From Octopus bimaculoides (taxonomy: Eukaryota), in contig NC_068985.1 of NCBI RefSeq assembly GCF_001194135.2, forward strand, positions 96,127,281 to 96,191,280: 64,000 nt of DNA, given 5' to 3'. The notes beneath the pieces were generated by a model, which had not been told where the DNA came from, made no database searches, and worked only from the letters and a program-made list of their open reading frames with translations. Made by a program: the position numbers and the translations under genes. Position 1 is the stretch's first letter, and the number at the start of each line of letters is the position of its first letter. Of the stretch, positions 1 through 12,117 are shown in pieces.

Positions 1-320
1 ACGACATCACTATTTTCTCTCCTACACTGTCTTGCAACACAAAATACCTCGAGTCTTTGGTCCTCACGGCGCAGAACATTGGCAAATCTTTTCTTATCTG
101 CTTCCCCTCTGGCTAAATAAACCTGTCGCCTAGCCTCCCTTCTGGCACATTGGTACAATTCCCTGCTACCACCGTTCTTCCAGTCCTTCCAAGCCTGTTT
201 CTTTTGTCTAATAGCCCTGTCTACCTCCTTGTTCCACCACCACGTTACTCTGGGTCGAGAGGGGACCTTATACTAGCCACAGATCTGGTCGGTGGCTTTC
301 AACAGGTTGTCCCGCAGAAC
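1..320 (-). mobile_element. RTE-clade LINE ORF fragment (segment between endonuclease and RT), 5'-truncated, runs off the left edge
   Basis: Manual minus-strand translation gives LRDNLLKATDQICG*YKVPSRPRVTWWWNKEVDRAIRQKKQAWKDWKNGGSRELYQCARREARRQVYLARGEADKKRFANVLRREDQRLEVFCVARQCRRENSDV. It has one stop and matches the WWNxEV..AI..KK.A.K.W linker typical of RTE ORFs. Confidence 0.8.
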
Positions 321-2059
321 CACACACACACACATACCAACACTAGGAAAAACAAAACAAAACAATTCAGAGCATTATCTACAATAATATCGAAGTAGAT
401 AACACTGGACAGAAGTAACTTGAAATCTATGCTTTCAAATGAAGACGAAAGTGAAGCTTTTAATAACGACAAGCACACAAGCAAGCATGCAATCAGAGTT
501 TGGGTAGTATATAGATTTTGAGTGTGTTGAATTCATTATACCTAATAACTTCAGCACTATCAAGGATAAACATAGTTCTTAATTCTCTGATATTGAGACA
601 GTTCAATATAATCATAAGTTCTTTTAGTTTCATGATGTTATGAGACTAGGCTCAACAATTTCAGATTGAAGTATATACACACGAGAGAGAAAGCGTTTGT
701 TGCTGTTGTTTAGCATTAGCTCAGCCCTTATTGGGTAGACCCATTATCAAAGGCATTAAAGCAATTTCATTTTGTTTTTCAGGATTAGTGGACCCAAACC
801 TCATTAACTAATATACATTTTTAAAAGCAAAGGGATGTGGTTTTGAGGATAGATAACCATGTAAGGGCTCTTTCATCAGCTCAACACTGAAAGTTTTAAA
901 TAAAAAGTAACTGATAAGACAACATGTGCATTTGACAACATAAACTTTTTGAAATGTCAATGAAACAAGTTTATTTATTTTTATAGGTGGAAAGAGCCAT
1001 TTGTAGAGGGTGTGATATACATCGCTTTTCATGGATCATGTTTTCACAAACACATCAATAAATATAAATCGATTTGTCAATCAAACAGCAACTATCCTAT
1101 CTTAATAATTATAATTGTGCATACTGTTGTCTCTGTTGATGATGTTATTAGTAAGAAAAAAAAATATGAACAATAATAACCTTGTATGTTTAAATGTTGG
1201 GTACATTTGAAAATCTCTTCCCCCATCTCTTCAGAAAAAAAAGGGGTGATTTATATGAATGAGAAAGTCACTATCTGAAAGATTACACTAGATCTTATCT
1301 AAATGGGTAAATTCTGTCAATTATTTGCAACTAATATTACTCTGATATATGTCAAGCTTTCTTACAAACGAACTTAATGCTTGTTTACATGTAAACGATC
1401 CAGAATCTCACACTTAAAATTGTATTCACGTTAATTTTTCAAATATGCCATGTAGAAAACTGTACTTTTTAGCAAGGAGTTGCTTAATAGTTTAACAAGA
1501 TGCAAATAGCTTTTGACAGGCATTGTTCTTGATTTTCCTGATAATGTGTTTAAAAAAAGAAAAAAAAAAAGATGCGTTTGAAAGGCTTGGCTTTAATGAA
1601 GTTAACAGCCTTGCCTGTAGCCGACAGACAGTTGGGGAAACAAAATACAGAAGATGCAATATATAAACCATACAAAGCTTTCCACAAACAAACTACAATA
1701 GTAATCTTTCATTGAAATTACATTACACTGTTAAGTAAAATATCCTTCTGTCATAAATATAACTGCATGAAATATTGTTTCATTCCTTCTCTTAATCCAT
1801 TATGAATAAAGCAGACATACATGTACTGTCAGTTTACTTGCTAAGATTATCATGAATTATGTCTGTAATATAACATCAAGTCAAAAATGTATTTGTAGTT
1901 TTGCCAGAGACTTCAACCCAACCTTACTTTGCTCCTGTTTCCAGTTCTCTTGTATATGAGCTTTTTGATGGATTCGTTGAAGTTATTTGTGGCCATATTA
2001 GTCTCCCGTTTCCAGATGTAATTTATCTCTACTACATTAATTCAATAAGACCTTTTTCA

Positions 2060-2175
2060 TCACCATCATCATTTAACATCCACTTTTCCATGCCTGCATG
2101 GAACAGATGGAACCTGTTGAGGATTTTCTATGGCCAGAGACCTTTCTGTCACCAACCCTTACCTGTTCCCAAACT
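2060..2175 (-). mobile_element. Degenerate RTE 3'-end / (GAT)n-tailed repeat
   Basis: catcatcatttaacatccacttttccatgc... matches the (CAT)n-led repeat seen many times in the window. Confidence 0.6.
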
Positions 2176-2362
2176 TATTTATTTCACATTGTTTTGAATT
2201 AAACATGTATTATCTCATAGCTTTGAGATGTTGATGATGTAAAAGTTTATTCCTAGAATGACATTGTAGGATAGCTGTGATAGGCCAGATCTGGCTGGTT
2301 TGAACATATAATGGGTAGATTTTTTGGACCAGATACGGCTTGTTTAAATGCTAAAGGGTTAA
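2173..2362. mobile_element. TTAA-flanked MITE family A, partial
   Basis: Ends in aatgctaaagggTTAA and shares internal sequence with 27480-27701, 29356-29560 and 46225-46413. Confidence 0.65.
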
Positions 2363-2897
2363 GCCAGTATTTCCAGCAAATTAAACCGCATACAGCAATA
2401 GAAAAATCAGAAAAATGCTGAATTGTCTATATTTACAGGTTTTCATGTTTTTTTTTTGTTTTTTATCAAGGCATCATCCAGTCAGGTTGATTGCTTGGGC
2501 CAGCCTGACTATCTCTCTCCATCCCACCCGATTTTCCATTAGTGTTTTTGGGTCTTCAACATCTTCTACAAGCTGTTGTATATATACATCTTCCGTGGTC
2601 TTCCAGCCATTGTGGTACCATGATTTGGTGTCCACAGCAACACATTACTCATAAGTTCTTCTTTACTTCTTCGGTAGTGGCCAGCGAACCTCAACCTCCA
2701 CTATTGGATGGTTGATGAGAAAGTTGGTACAATCCCATTTAACCATTGTTTTGTTAGGTGCTCCCTCCAAGAGATGTTGAGCACTGCACGTAACATTCTG
2801 ATTTTCATGTGATCAAGGCAATACCCCAGCATGGCCACAGTCCAGTGACTGAAACAAGTAAAAGAATGTACAAATAAGACATATTTTTCATACTTAC

Positions 2898-3030
2898 TAG
2901 TTATAATACCACACATAGCTAAGATGAAATGTTCTTCATCAGTTTTCTCCTGAGGCCAATCTTCTTTGTATGCGGTAAGAAAACTTTCCAGAGTCCCTTG
3001 CACAAGCAATAAAAATTCATTTACTTTATT
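2898..3030 (-). CDS. HSF2BP: Internal coding exon of a heat shock factor 2-binding protein (HSF2BP/MEILB2)-like gene
   Basis: Acceptor ttttatatttcag|AAT and donor ACTA|gtaagt; 133 nt, phase 0 to phase 1. The peptide NKVNEFLLLVQGTLESFLTAYKEDWPQEKTDEEHFILAMCGIIT(N) aligns closely with recalled vertebrate HSF2BP DKALKFFSITGQTMESFVKSLDGDVQELDSDESQFVFALAGIVTN at the start of the armadillo region. The alignment is from memory, not a database search. Confidence 0.8.
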
Positions 3031-3119
3031 CTGAAATATAAAATTGTAAATAAACAAACAAATTATAAATAAATGACTAAGATTAAAAGACATCATAAGC
3101 GCTAATCTAAGCTAGAAAA

Positions 3120-3207
3120 AATATACCACCCCCTCCGACGGGATTCAAACCTAGCTTCTATCATATTTCAGGCAACCACATTACTAGTTACACTACAGTA
3201 TGCTTGT
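3120..3207 (-). mobile_element. Decayed tRNA-like SINE head or tRNA pseudogene
   Basis: The minus strand has a B-box-like GGTTTGAATCC and a degenerate A-box-like TGTAGTGTAA about 40 nt upstream; no intact cloverleaf. Confidence 0.35.
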
Positions 3208-3379
3208 CATCTCTGTTAAATTAGGCTATATATGTTTTACTACTAGAAACTAATACTTCAACCTCAATAAATATCACATTTATTTCACAGATAATTCGAT
3301 AGTCTCTCGGAGGCAGGTCCTGTTTTTTTTGCATTTTCTTTTTTAGTCTTAAATTAGTGATAATAATGTTTTTTATCAA

Positions 3380-3380
<1 letters not shown>

Positions 3381-3427
<47 letters not shown>

Positions 3428-3514
3428 ACACACATACATATATATACACATTTATATATATATATATATATGTATGTATATATGTGTATGTACGTATATG
3501 TATATATATATATG

Positions 3515-3550
<36 letters not shown>

Positions 3551-3565
3551 TGTATGTATGTATGA
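3381..3565. repeat. Compound (TA)n/(TG)n/(CA)n microsatellite
   Basis: Visible directly; it explains the overlapping IYIY ORFs. Confidence 0.95.
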
Positions 3566-5579
3566 AAATAAAACTTGAAATTATTCTCCTCATTCAATTT
3601 CAATACATGTTTTGATATCAATTTGGAACAATTTCTGTAGTAACTGCACAGGAGAGGTATGAATATCTCCATCTATGTATCATACTTAATATATACACAC
3701 TGTCAATATGCCAGTTACTGTGCTATGTGTTTGGAGATAATGTCTCTTATGGACATGTGTTAAAAACACTATAAATATCAGCAGATGAAAATTCATCCCT
3801 GCAGTGACCAGTGAGAAAGCCAGGTGCATTTTGGGCCTTTTAGGGCCTTTTTAATGGTGCATGCTGAAAGCCAGTGACATGCTCAGATGAGAATTTTTCA
3901 CCCCTGATATAGGAAAGTGAAAACCCTTTTGTTACCATATTTCTGTTGAGAAGCTCTGTGTTTCTTTCAATTGATTTTAAATATGGTGAAGAATTTAGTA
4001 AAATGACTTAGTTATCATTAAGCTAGTTGTTATAAAAAAAAAAAAAAATTACTCTCCTCTAACAAAAATTTTATTTGCCAAGGTTAAGCCATTGTTAAAC
4101 GCTACCATAAAGACACTGACATCAAGCCAAATAGAAATCACATTGATCTCACCCAAAGGTCATGGGTACAGCCCCTCCTCTTTTTGAAGTTGTATCAAAT
4201 AAATAAATAAAAGAAATAGATGTAACCTATATTAGCTAAGATTCATTGGAAAATCAATTAAAAATTTATAAAAAATCAAAACATCAACAACAAAAGTAAT
4301 TTCAAAATGATGTCAGTGAAAGAAAAGTACTCAAAATACAACACAAACACAAGAAATCTGGCAAAACTGACAAAGTGAACAGTTTGAAAGTCCCAGTTTT
4401 ACAAGACTTATCAATAATCTCTAGATTTGGGACCTTAAGAGATAAACACATTGCCAGCTAACTTGCGGAATAAAAACAACCAAAAAAAAAAAGAATATTA
4501 TTTTGGTATGTATTTTGCATGGAGACCCTAATTTCTTCTCTTTTATGGAGAGAGAGGAAATATGATTTCAACATATGCAGTATAGTAATATACAACAGAT
4601 TGAAAAATTATTTTAACGTAAATAGTGTAACCATGAAATCTAATAGAAAATGATGTATGTATATATGTGAGGGAGGAGATGTGTGCATAAAGATGTATGG
4701 ATGTATGTGCACACACTGCTGTAAAACTAGCATTGTCCAGGGGGACGTATTATGTATACATAAATTTAATATATGCAGATTGTAAATAAATAAGTAAAAT
4801 CCATATGATTTAACCTTTAAATTTTAAAATTACTTTTATGATGCCTTCCCGTGAAAGAATTACAATAGAAAACTCTCTCACTATTCTAGATGCTGGTTAC
4901 TTTTCCTTTAGTTATTATATATATCTATCTGAAGCAACAGTAAAAACCAGGATGGGATACCCTGTCATATCCACCGCTAGCAACACAATAAATTAAAGGC
5001 AAGTCCCTATCCCCCATCCAGGCAGATTCTGTTACCATGTACCATATGTTCCAGCCTGATTATCATCACTGCTTCACTCTAGTCCTGTTGACATGACTGC
5101 ATGAGACAGAGAAAGTTTCTAAATGAACTTTAGCTTCCCTGTCCAGTAATTATTTGTTTTTTTTTTATTCTTTCAGATGATCTGTCTGAGAAAAAAAAAC
5201 AACAAAAAAAAGAAAAAAAACCCAAAACAAAACAAAGAAGCTGACATTTGTTCAGCATTATGTATTGTGATATGGCCTCAGTTTTACAAAACTACTGATC
5301 CACATGAAACTGGCATTACTCTTAGCAAACCTCAATATTCTTAGTAACAAATATTATATCTTAGCTGAAGTTGGCAGGACCTTAATAACAACTGAATATC
5401 GTATCATTAAAATAGAGCCAGCAGCATCATGATACCATGTCAATCAGAAGAGAGTAAACTAAATAGGAACAAATGTCTTCTTAAGCATTAAAATGATATG
5501 TTTTCATTTTCACATGTCAAGATTAGACTGAAAGTTCCAAAGTTTAGTTAGTGCCAACAGCAGCCAGTATAGCCATGTT

Positions 5580-5595
5580 AGAGAGAGAGAGAGAG

Positions 5596-5673
<78 letters not shown>
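5580..5673. repeat. (GA)n/(GAAA)n microsatellite
   Basis: Visible directly. Confidence 0.95.
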
Positions 5674-5677
<4 letters not shown>

Positions 5678-5927
5678 ATTACAAGTAGAAAGTATTTTAT
5701 TTTTTACATCTGTCATTTACAATAGCAACCTCTAGTATAGTTTCCCTATTTCAAATAGACAAAACATTCCCTGATGTTATGAAAGATCAGCATAAAAATT
5801 AGGAATTAATAGGTTTTCAGAAGGAACTTTCATAAAATTGACATATACCAGTTTCTAACTCGTTAGGGTACCTTGCAATTGTCCTATAGTGCACAGGCTC
5901 AAATCCAGCAGTAAGACTACATGAGGC

Positions 5928-6165
5928 TCATCATCATCATCATCATCATCATTGTTTAATGTCCGTCTTCCATGCTAGCATGGGTTGGACAATTTGACTG
6001 AGGACTGGCGAACCAGAAGGCTGCACCAGGCTCCAGTCTAATCTGGCAGAGTTTCTACAGCTGGATGCCCTTCCAAATGCCAACCACTCCGGGAGTGTAG
6101 TAGGTGCTTTTACGTGCCACCGGCATGAGGGCCAGTCAGGCGGTACTGGCAATGACCTCACTCAT
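5928..6165 (-). mobile_element. RTE LINE 3' end with (GAT)n tail
   Basis: (CAT)n-gtttaatgtccgtcttccatgctagcatgggttgg...ctggatgcccttcc...gtgtagtaggtgctttt. The same sequence follows the RTE C-terminus (WDEV..DL) at 52380-52690 and 60730-61105. Confidence 0.8.
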
Positions 6166-7139
6166 ACACCATTTTGATATAAGCATCAACCCTACTTCTC
6201 AGGTTTAATAAAAGGTTCTGAACCAGACAGCTTAAATGCAAAGCACTAAGACTTCAATTTATGTTAGCATTGGGAAGACAGATGAAAAGATAAACATTAG
6301 CAGTTGTGTACAAATACAGATCAGCATCATCATCACCATCATCATTTAACATCCACCTTTCCATGTTTGCCTGGGTTAGAAAGAATCTGTTGAGCAGATT
6401 TGCAAATTTTATTTGGCCTGATGCCTATCCTGTCACCAACCCTCATCTGTTTCCAAGCAAGATAATATTTCACCATGCAAAACAGGAAACAAACAATATG
6501 ATTTATATCATTGTACTACTCATTTACAATCATCATGTGATGTAAAGACAAGGAGACTTACAAACACACACGTAAGATTAAAAAATTACACAGAAGGATG
6601 ACAAAGGAACACATGATAAAATCACACACAAGATGTGGACATGATCTTCCTTCGGCAGTTATTGTCCAAAAATCATAACAACTTTGCACCTTTTACGATA
6701 CAATTATTCATTTTGGTGGTGTCAAATTAAAATCTTTTAATATAGCTTCAGTTGGTTTGGTCAGGAAAGGCAGTAACTTCAAATAATAACAGACATGAAC
6801 CATAATGACCAGTTCAATCTGTTCATAGCAGTGTGAAAAATAGATGAACATTTCTAATAATGGTGCAGTGAGGAAATGCACTCAGTACAGTCTATGGTTC
6901 ATGAGAGAAAAGGCATCCAGTGATAGAAACCAAGCCAAGCCAAGATGACCTGTACGAACACCAGTCTCTGGTGTTCACAGGTCATCTTGGTTCTAAATAA
7001 AAAAAATCACTTGGATCCTGAGAACTTGGAAAGTGGACATAAAATGATGATGGTATATGTATGTATATATAAATGTATGCATAAATTAAGAACAATGTGA
7101 CTCACTTCTACATTAAAGTTTAGTAGGTATAAGACATGT

Positions 7140-8142
7140 CCACATCATCAGTATTCAAACCCCATTGGTCAGTTGAGGTCACATGATCATTTTTGCTATC
7201 GGAGTGACATCATTTATTCTGTTGGTAGGCCCACGTGGTGGACAGGATGCTGGAGTCACTTTGTTGGTATTCTGTAAGGGTGTGATATTTCAGTAGCATC
7301 AGCTCTTTCCAGTAGATATATAACTTAGTAGAACAGACAATTAGTCGTTATGTATGGTGTGATATTTCAGTGACAACAGTCATCATGTGGGGAAGTAATC
7401 AACATAACAATGCTTGGTTACATGAGTTTACATGGCAGACACAAGATGAGAAATCAGAATTATATACCCTGCCATTGTACATATGCCAACTAGGTCTGGG
7501 TTATATATCAGTTATCAGTGGCCAATAGCTTGAGTATATTAACAGAGTGTACCTCTGGTAGCAACAACATTTTTCCTGTAAATGAATGCCATGGGCTGGT
7601 GGATTCGGTGCAGTTTTGGCAATTACAAGCTCCAGGTGAGCAAGAACCCTATCACAGATTCCTCATGTGATGTTGATGAAATCATTTTAATGGTCCTGGA
7701 ATCTCCAGATGAAGCAAGAAAGGGAGGTAAAGTTTTTCTGGTTCTGTTTCTGAAAGAGTGTATATGTTGCATGTATCTTTCCTTGGAGTCATTGGCCATC
7801 ATGCTTGTGTAGAGTCTTCTGAAATCATCAGTGTGAGGATGGCTCTATTAATTAGGATCTTTCAGAGGCAGGATCCTTCCAAAGGGCAGTTGGTAGGATT
7901 TCAGCAATTGTAAATTGGAGTGTAGAGTGAAGACTGTGTTTACATCTCTTGTAGCAAGTCATACTAGAGGCAATATTATTTAAGCATGAGTGACCTTGAT
8001 GATATGGGAATTAAAGAGTTTATAATATTTGTGGTTTGGGGAAAATGCTTTTTTAATTAGCATCAAGAAACGCCAAACTATATTAGTGGAAATATCTTGA
8101 CTGAATGAAAGATTAAACCAAATTATCTAACCTCTTTCTTAC
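7140..8142 (-). mobile_element. Penelope-like retroelement (PLE) remnant: RT thumb, Cys linker, GIY-YIG endonuclease and 3' region; left arm of a palindrome
   Basis: Minus-strand translation with frameshifts: IIWFNLSFSQDISTNIVWRFLMLIK-KHFP..HKYYKLFNSHIIKV, then YNC*NPTNCPLEGSCL*K.LI, then RLYTSMMANDSKERYMQHIHSFRN, then LSCFIWRFQD. These match the recalled PLE motifs WFNPPYS..TNIG..FL.LI.KHFP, FN....KVSYSC, CNCR...CPL.G.CL and YIG....K.RY..H..SF. Confidence 0.8.
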
Positions 8143-8162
8143 TCAAAGGTTTGGGAAGGAGG

Positions 8163-9212
8163 TCTCTTTAATTCCCATAATATCAAGGTTAGCTACTCAT
8201 GCTTATATAATACTACTTCCAACATACACTACAACATATGTAAACATAGCATTCACAACTGGGGAAGATCCTCCCTCTCAAAGGTTGTGGAGTGAGCACC
8301 ACCCTCACACCACCTTCAGATGGCATCATGAGACATTACATGACATAACAGCAAACGACTTCAAGGAAAAATATACAATATACACCACACACTCCTTTAG
8401 ATGTAGTGTCAAGGAAAACTCCACATCTATGACTTGGTTCATCTAGAAACTCCAGGACAGTCAAAATGACTTCTCCAACATCACACAGAGTATCTAGAGG
8501 GTAACATCTTCGTTACTCACCCATGCTCATAATAATCATCAACTCTGCTTCTGTGAGAAACTGCACCTAGGGCATCCAGTTGTAGAAACTCTGCCAGATC
8601 AGATTGGAGCCTGGTGCAGCCTCCTGGTTCGCCAGGCCTCAGTCAAATCGTCCAACCCATGCTAGCATGGAAGGCAGACATTAAACAATGATGATGATGA
8701 CTCTTCCAACCCACAACATCCATCAATAAGAAAAATGACCAATATTAATATTGTCATCAGAATTACCGCCTGGTAATGACCATCAAGCCATTGACCACTG
8801 GTAACTCTGATATATTACTGAGGGTTTTAGTTTGCTCAAGCACAATGGCAAGGTATTTAATTCTTGTTGCTCATAGAGATTACAGCTTTCTGTAACTCAT
8901 GTTGGTCATGCAAGCTCATGTCAGCTGACACTAACACATCAGTTGCTTCCCCACATGATAACTGTTGTCAGTGAAATACTACACCATACAAAATGACTAA
9001 CTGATGCCAACATTTTGTCTGTTCTATCATGTGATATATCTAATATAAAGAGCTGATGCTGTTGAAATATCACAACCTTGCAGAATACCAACAAAGTGAC
9101 TTCACCATCATATCTGCCCCACCCCATACACCTACCATATAAAATAATTGATGTCACTGATAGCAAAAATAATCGTGTAACCTGAATTGACCAATGGAGG
9201 CCTGAATACTCT
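8163..9212 (+). mobile_element. Penelope-like retroelement remnant; right arm of the palindrome
   Basis: Plus strand reads LFNSHNIKVSYSCL, STSMTWFI*KLQD and QLCFCEKLH...SINKKN. It is a colinear reverse complement of about 7150-8020 in every block I checked. Confidence 0.75.
8568..8700 (+). mobile_element. RTE 3' tail inserted into the right PLE arm
   Basis: agggcatccagttgtagaaactctgcc...atgatgatgatga interrupts aaactgcacc|ctcttccaacc and has no counterpart in the left arm. Confidence 0.8.
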
Positions 9213-9374
9213 CATTTAGAATTCATTTTAAATTTCTCTTAAATTCCCTCCACTCTCTATAAAAATCTGATGATTTAGACATATTGTATACTCATGGAGG
9301 CAAATCAAACAGTTATTAAAAACAAATAAGTCTAACCGAATGTATTGAGTGTAATTTTTGTTTGTTCACTTACT

Positions 9375-9623
9375 CATTCATGTGTATGTGTGCATGTGTG
9401 TATGTATACATATTTCTATGTTTGTGTGCATACATGTGTATGTATGAAGACCTGTGTGTTTGTATGTGTATACATGTTTATGTATATATGTGTGTATATA
9501 CATATTTGTGTGTGTGTGTGCGTGCATGAGTATATGTGTATACATATTTGTACATGTGTGTGTGCATACATGTCTATGTATATGTGTATACATGTTTATG
9601 TATAAGTGTGTATATACATATGT

Positions 9624-9662
<39 letters not shown>
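9375..9662. repeat. Degenerate (TG)n/(TA)n microsatellite tract
   Basis: Visible directly. Confidence 0.9.
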
Positions 9663-9664
<2 letters not shown>

Positions 9665-10857
9665 AGTAAACTACCAGAAGTAGACTAACAAATAGAATTT
9701 TAGCCAACATCATTCTTCTAAAAAACAGAAAAATAATAATTCTAAAAACTATATCTTACAAAGTAAAAAAAATTGTTTTGTGCCATGGGAACATGTGGAA
9801 TTAAATCTGTAATAACATTAAGCTTGGTTGTAGCTGATATGAAGCTAAAACTTAACGATAGATAGTCAACACATAAAGCTAAATGGAAACTTTAATTATG
9901 CTAAGACCAACTGATTTAGATTTGAGATGATTTGAGATGATATCTTCGTCTTGATAGTTATTACAGTGTTGATTTGCAAACAGGTGAGATATATCAAGCA
10001 GAAAGTAGTATTTTTTTTTGTTTTGTTTCACTTTGAGATTATTATTCCATAAATTAAAAAATTCCATTTAAAGCAATATTCTATTTGTGATGATGTACAG
10101 CCTGCAATATTCCCACTTTTATCTCCTCTTTTGATCTTTTTGACTGAGTACCAACGAAATAATTCTAATCAGTGTATATCACTTAAGATGCTATAAGAAG
10201 TGGCTTATAAATTCTAAGTTGTTGAATTAAGATGAATATATAAAAAAAAAAAAACAGAAAATATCAATGAAAACCTAGTAGTAATAGTAGTAGTAGTAGT
10301 GGTGGTGGTGGTGGTAGCAGTAACGAATGATAATGCAGCCATGAGAAAAAATAAACCATGCAGATATAGTGATATTAAGTTTAGCCTATCTGATATAAGA
10401 GAAATGGGAAAGTGTAGTAAAGAACATTCACTTTCATTCATAACTTCTAGTTTTGATATTTTGAAGCCAATTTTTGTCATAATAATTTTTCTTCAAAAAA
10501 TCCACTACTTAATAACTNNNNNNNNNNNNNNNNNNNNNNNNNNNNNNNNNNNNNNNNNNNNNNNNNNNNNNNNNNNNNNNNNNNNNNNNNNNNNNNNNNN
10601 NNNNNNNNNNNNNNNNNNNNNNNNNNNNNNNNNNNNNNNNNNNNNNNNNNNNNNNNNNNNNNNNNNNNNNNNNNNNNNNNNNNNNNNNNNNNNNNNNNNN
10701 NTATTACAGAATTCACTTCAAGACTATGCTGACATTTTAATATTATGGAAATAACATTGACATTAAAATCATTTTATAGTAAATCTAATTAATCAGGAGT
10801 TACAAAACTAAGAATTCTTTCAGTGTTGCTTTTCTCTAATTGTAAGAGCTTTGTTCC

Positions 10858-10858
<1 letters not shown>

Positions 10859-10927
<69 letters not shown>

Positions 10928-11140
10928 CCTTTCTTCTATAGGCACAAGGCATAAAATTTGTGGGGAGGGGACTAGTCGATTACATCAGCTCCAGTACTTG
11001 ACTGACACTTAATTTATTGACCCCGAAAAGATGAAAGCCAAAGTCAGCCTCGGCAGAATTTGAACTCAGAATGCAGCAATGAGCAAGATGCTGCTAAGCA
11101 TTTTGCCCAGCATGTTAACAATTCTGTCAGTTCGCTGCTT
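10859..11140 (-). mobile_element. tRNA-headed SINE family M (Meta-domain-like core) with adjacent (TAA)n tract
   Basis: Reverse complement of ggcgagctggcagaa..gagttcaaattccgcc..gcctttcatcctttcggggtcgataaattaagtaccag. The Meta-domain resemblance is from memory. Confidence 0.75.
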
Positions 11141-11933
11141 TTAATAATAATAATAATAATGATAATAATAATAATAATAATGATAATAATAATAGCTTTT
11201 TGCATAGATTTATCTCCTTTATTAAATGGGGAGTATTTTTTTTAACAGATTTACACCCTATTATTTCAAACCAGTGAGAGAGCATCTAGTGGCTGTTTGA
11301 CCTACAAGAAATAGCAGCCATGTCTCCTTCAAACATCACACACTATTATGTTGAAAAAGAAAAAAATACACAGTGTATTCCTCGATATACAAAAAGGTAG
11401 GATAGCCAGCCAGTCATAGCTGAAACAGCTTTGATGATATGTCTTCATTATCAGGGTTGGCTCGGGGCCAAGCAATGACAAATATATAATTTATTGGCTT
11501 GTTTTTTAATAGTTTTTAACAACTTCTTTGAGATTGCTCCTGGGAAGAAAACATTGTGAGATCAGGTTCTAACATGGAGGTTTTCAGTTTTAATTGGGCT
11601 TCCTGGTGCTCATTTGTTATATGCATTCCCAATAAATTCTGGATATGTGTCAAGACCTCTCTCAATACTACACTACCCTTGGTGGAGGGGATCTTGTCTT
11701 ATGAGTTACTTGGTGAGCACAGTGGTTAAACTGAGGACAGATTTATGCTGTCAATCTGCATTAGTTCTTGAGAGAAGTACATCTTTTATACTTGTTAACT
11801 TCAAGCATCTTACAGCTTCAACAATGCATTCCTTTACAAGCTAAGAATTGCTAAATGTCTTACCTTTTCCCCAATTAAATATGCTTCTTTATAACTTGCC
11901 TTTATAAGTGGTAACATTTCCTTCATGTAACAC

Positions 11934-12117
11934 TCATCATCATCATCGTTTAACGTCCGCTTTCCATGCTAGCATGGGTTGGATGATTTGACTGGGGACT
12001 GGTGAACCAGATGGCTACACCAGGCTCCAATCTGATTTGGCAGAGTTTCTACAGCTGGATGCTCTTCCTAATGCCAACCACTCCGAGAGTGTTGTGGGTG
12101 CTTTTACGTGCCACCTG
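11934..12117 (-). mobile_element. RTE LINE 3' end with (GAT)n tail
   Basis: Near-consensus copy catcatcatcgtttaacgtccgctttccatgctagc... Confidence 0.8.

Noticed and set aside
3221-3672. Overlapping IYIY/HTHT/VCVC ORFs (also at 9.3-9.7, 13.6-14.4, 22.7-23.1, 53.2-53.5 and 55.5-55.9 kb)
   Set aside because: They are translations of dinucleotide microsatellites.
11864-11940. Open frame DECYMKEMLPLIKASYKEAYLIGEK with a good donor AAG|gtaaga
   Set aside because: There is no credible acceptor; the frame runs into an RTE (GAT)n tail.
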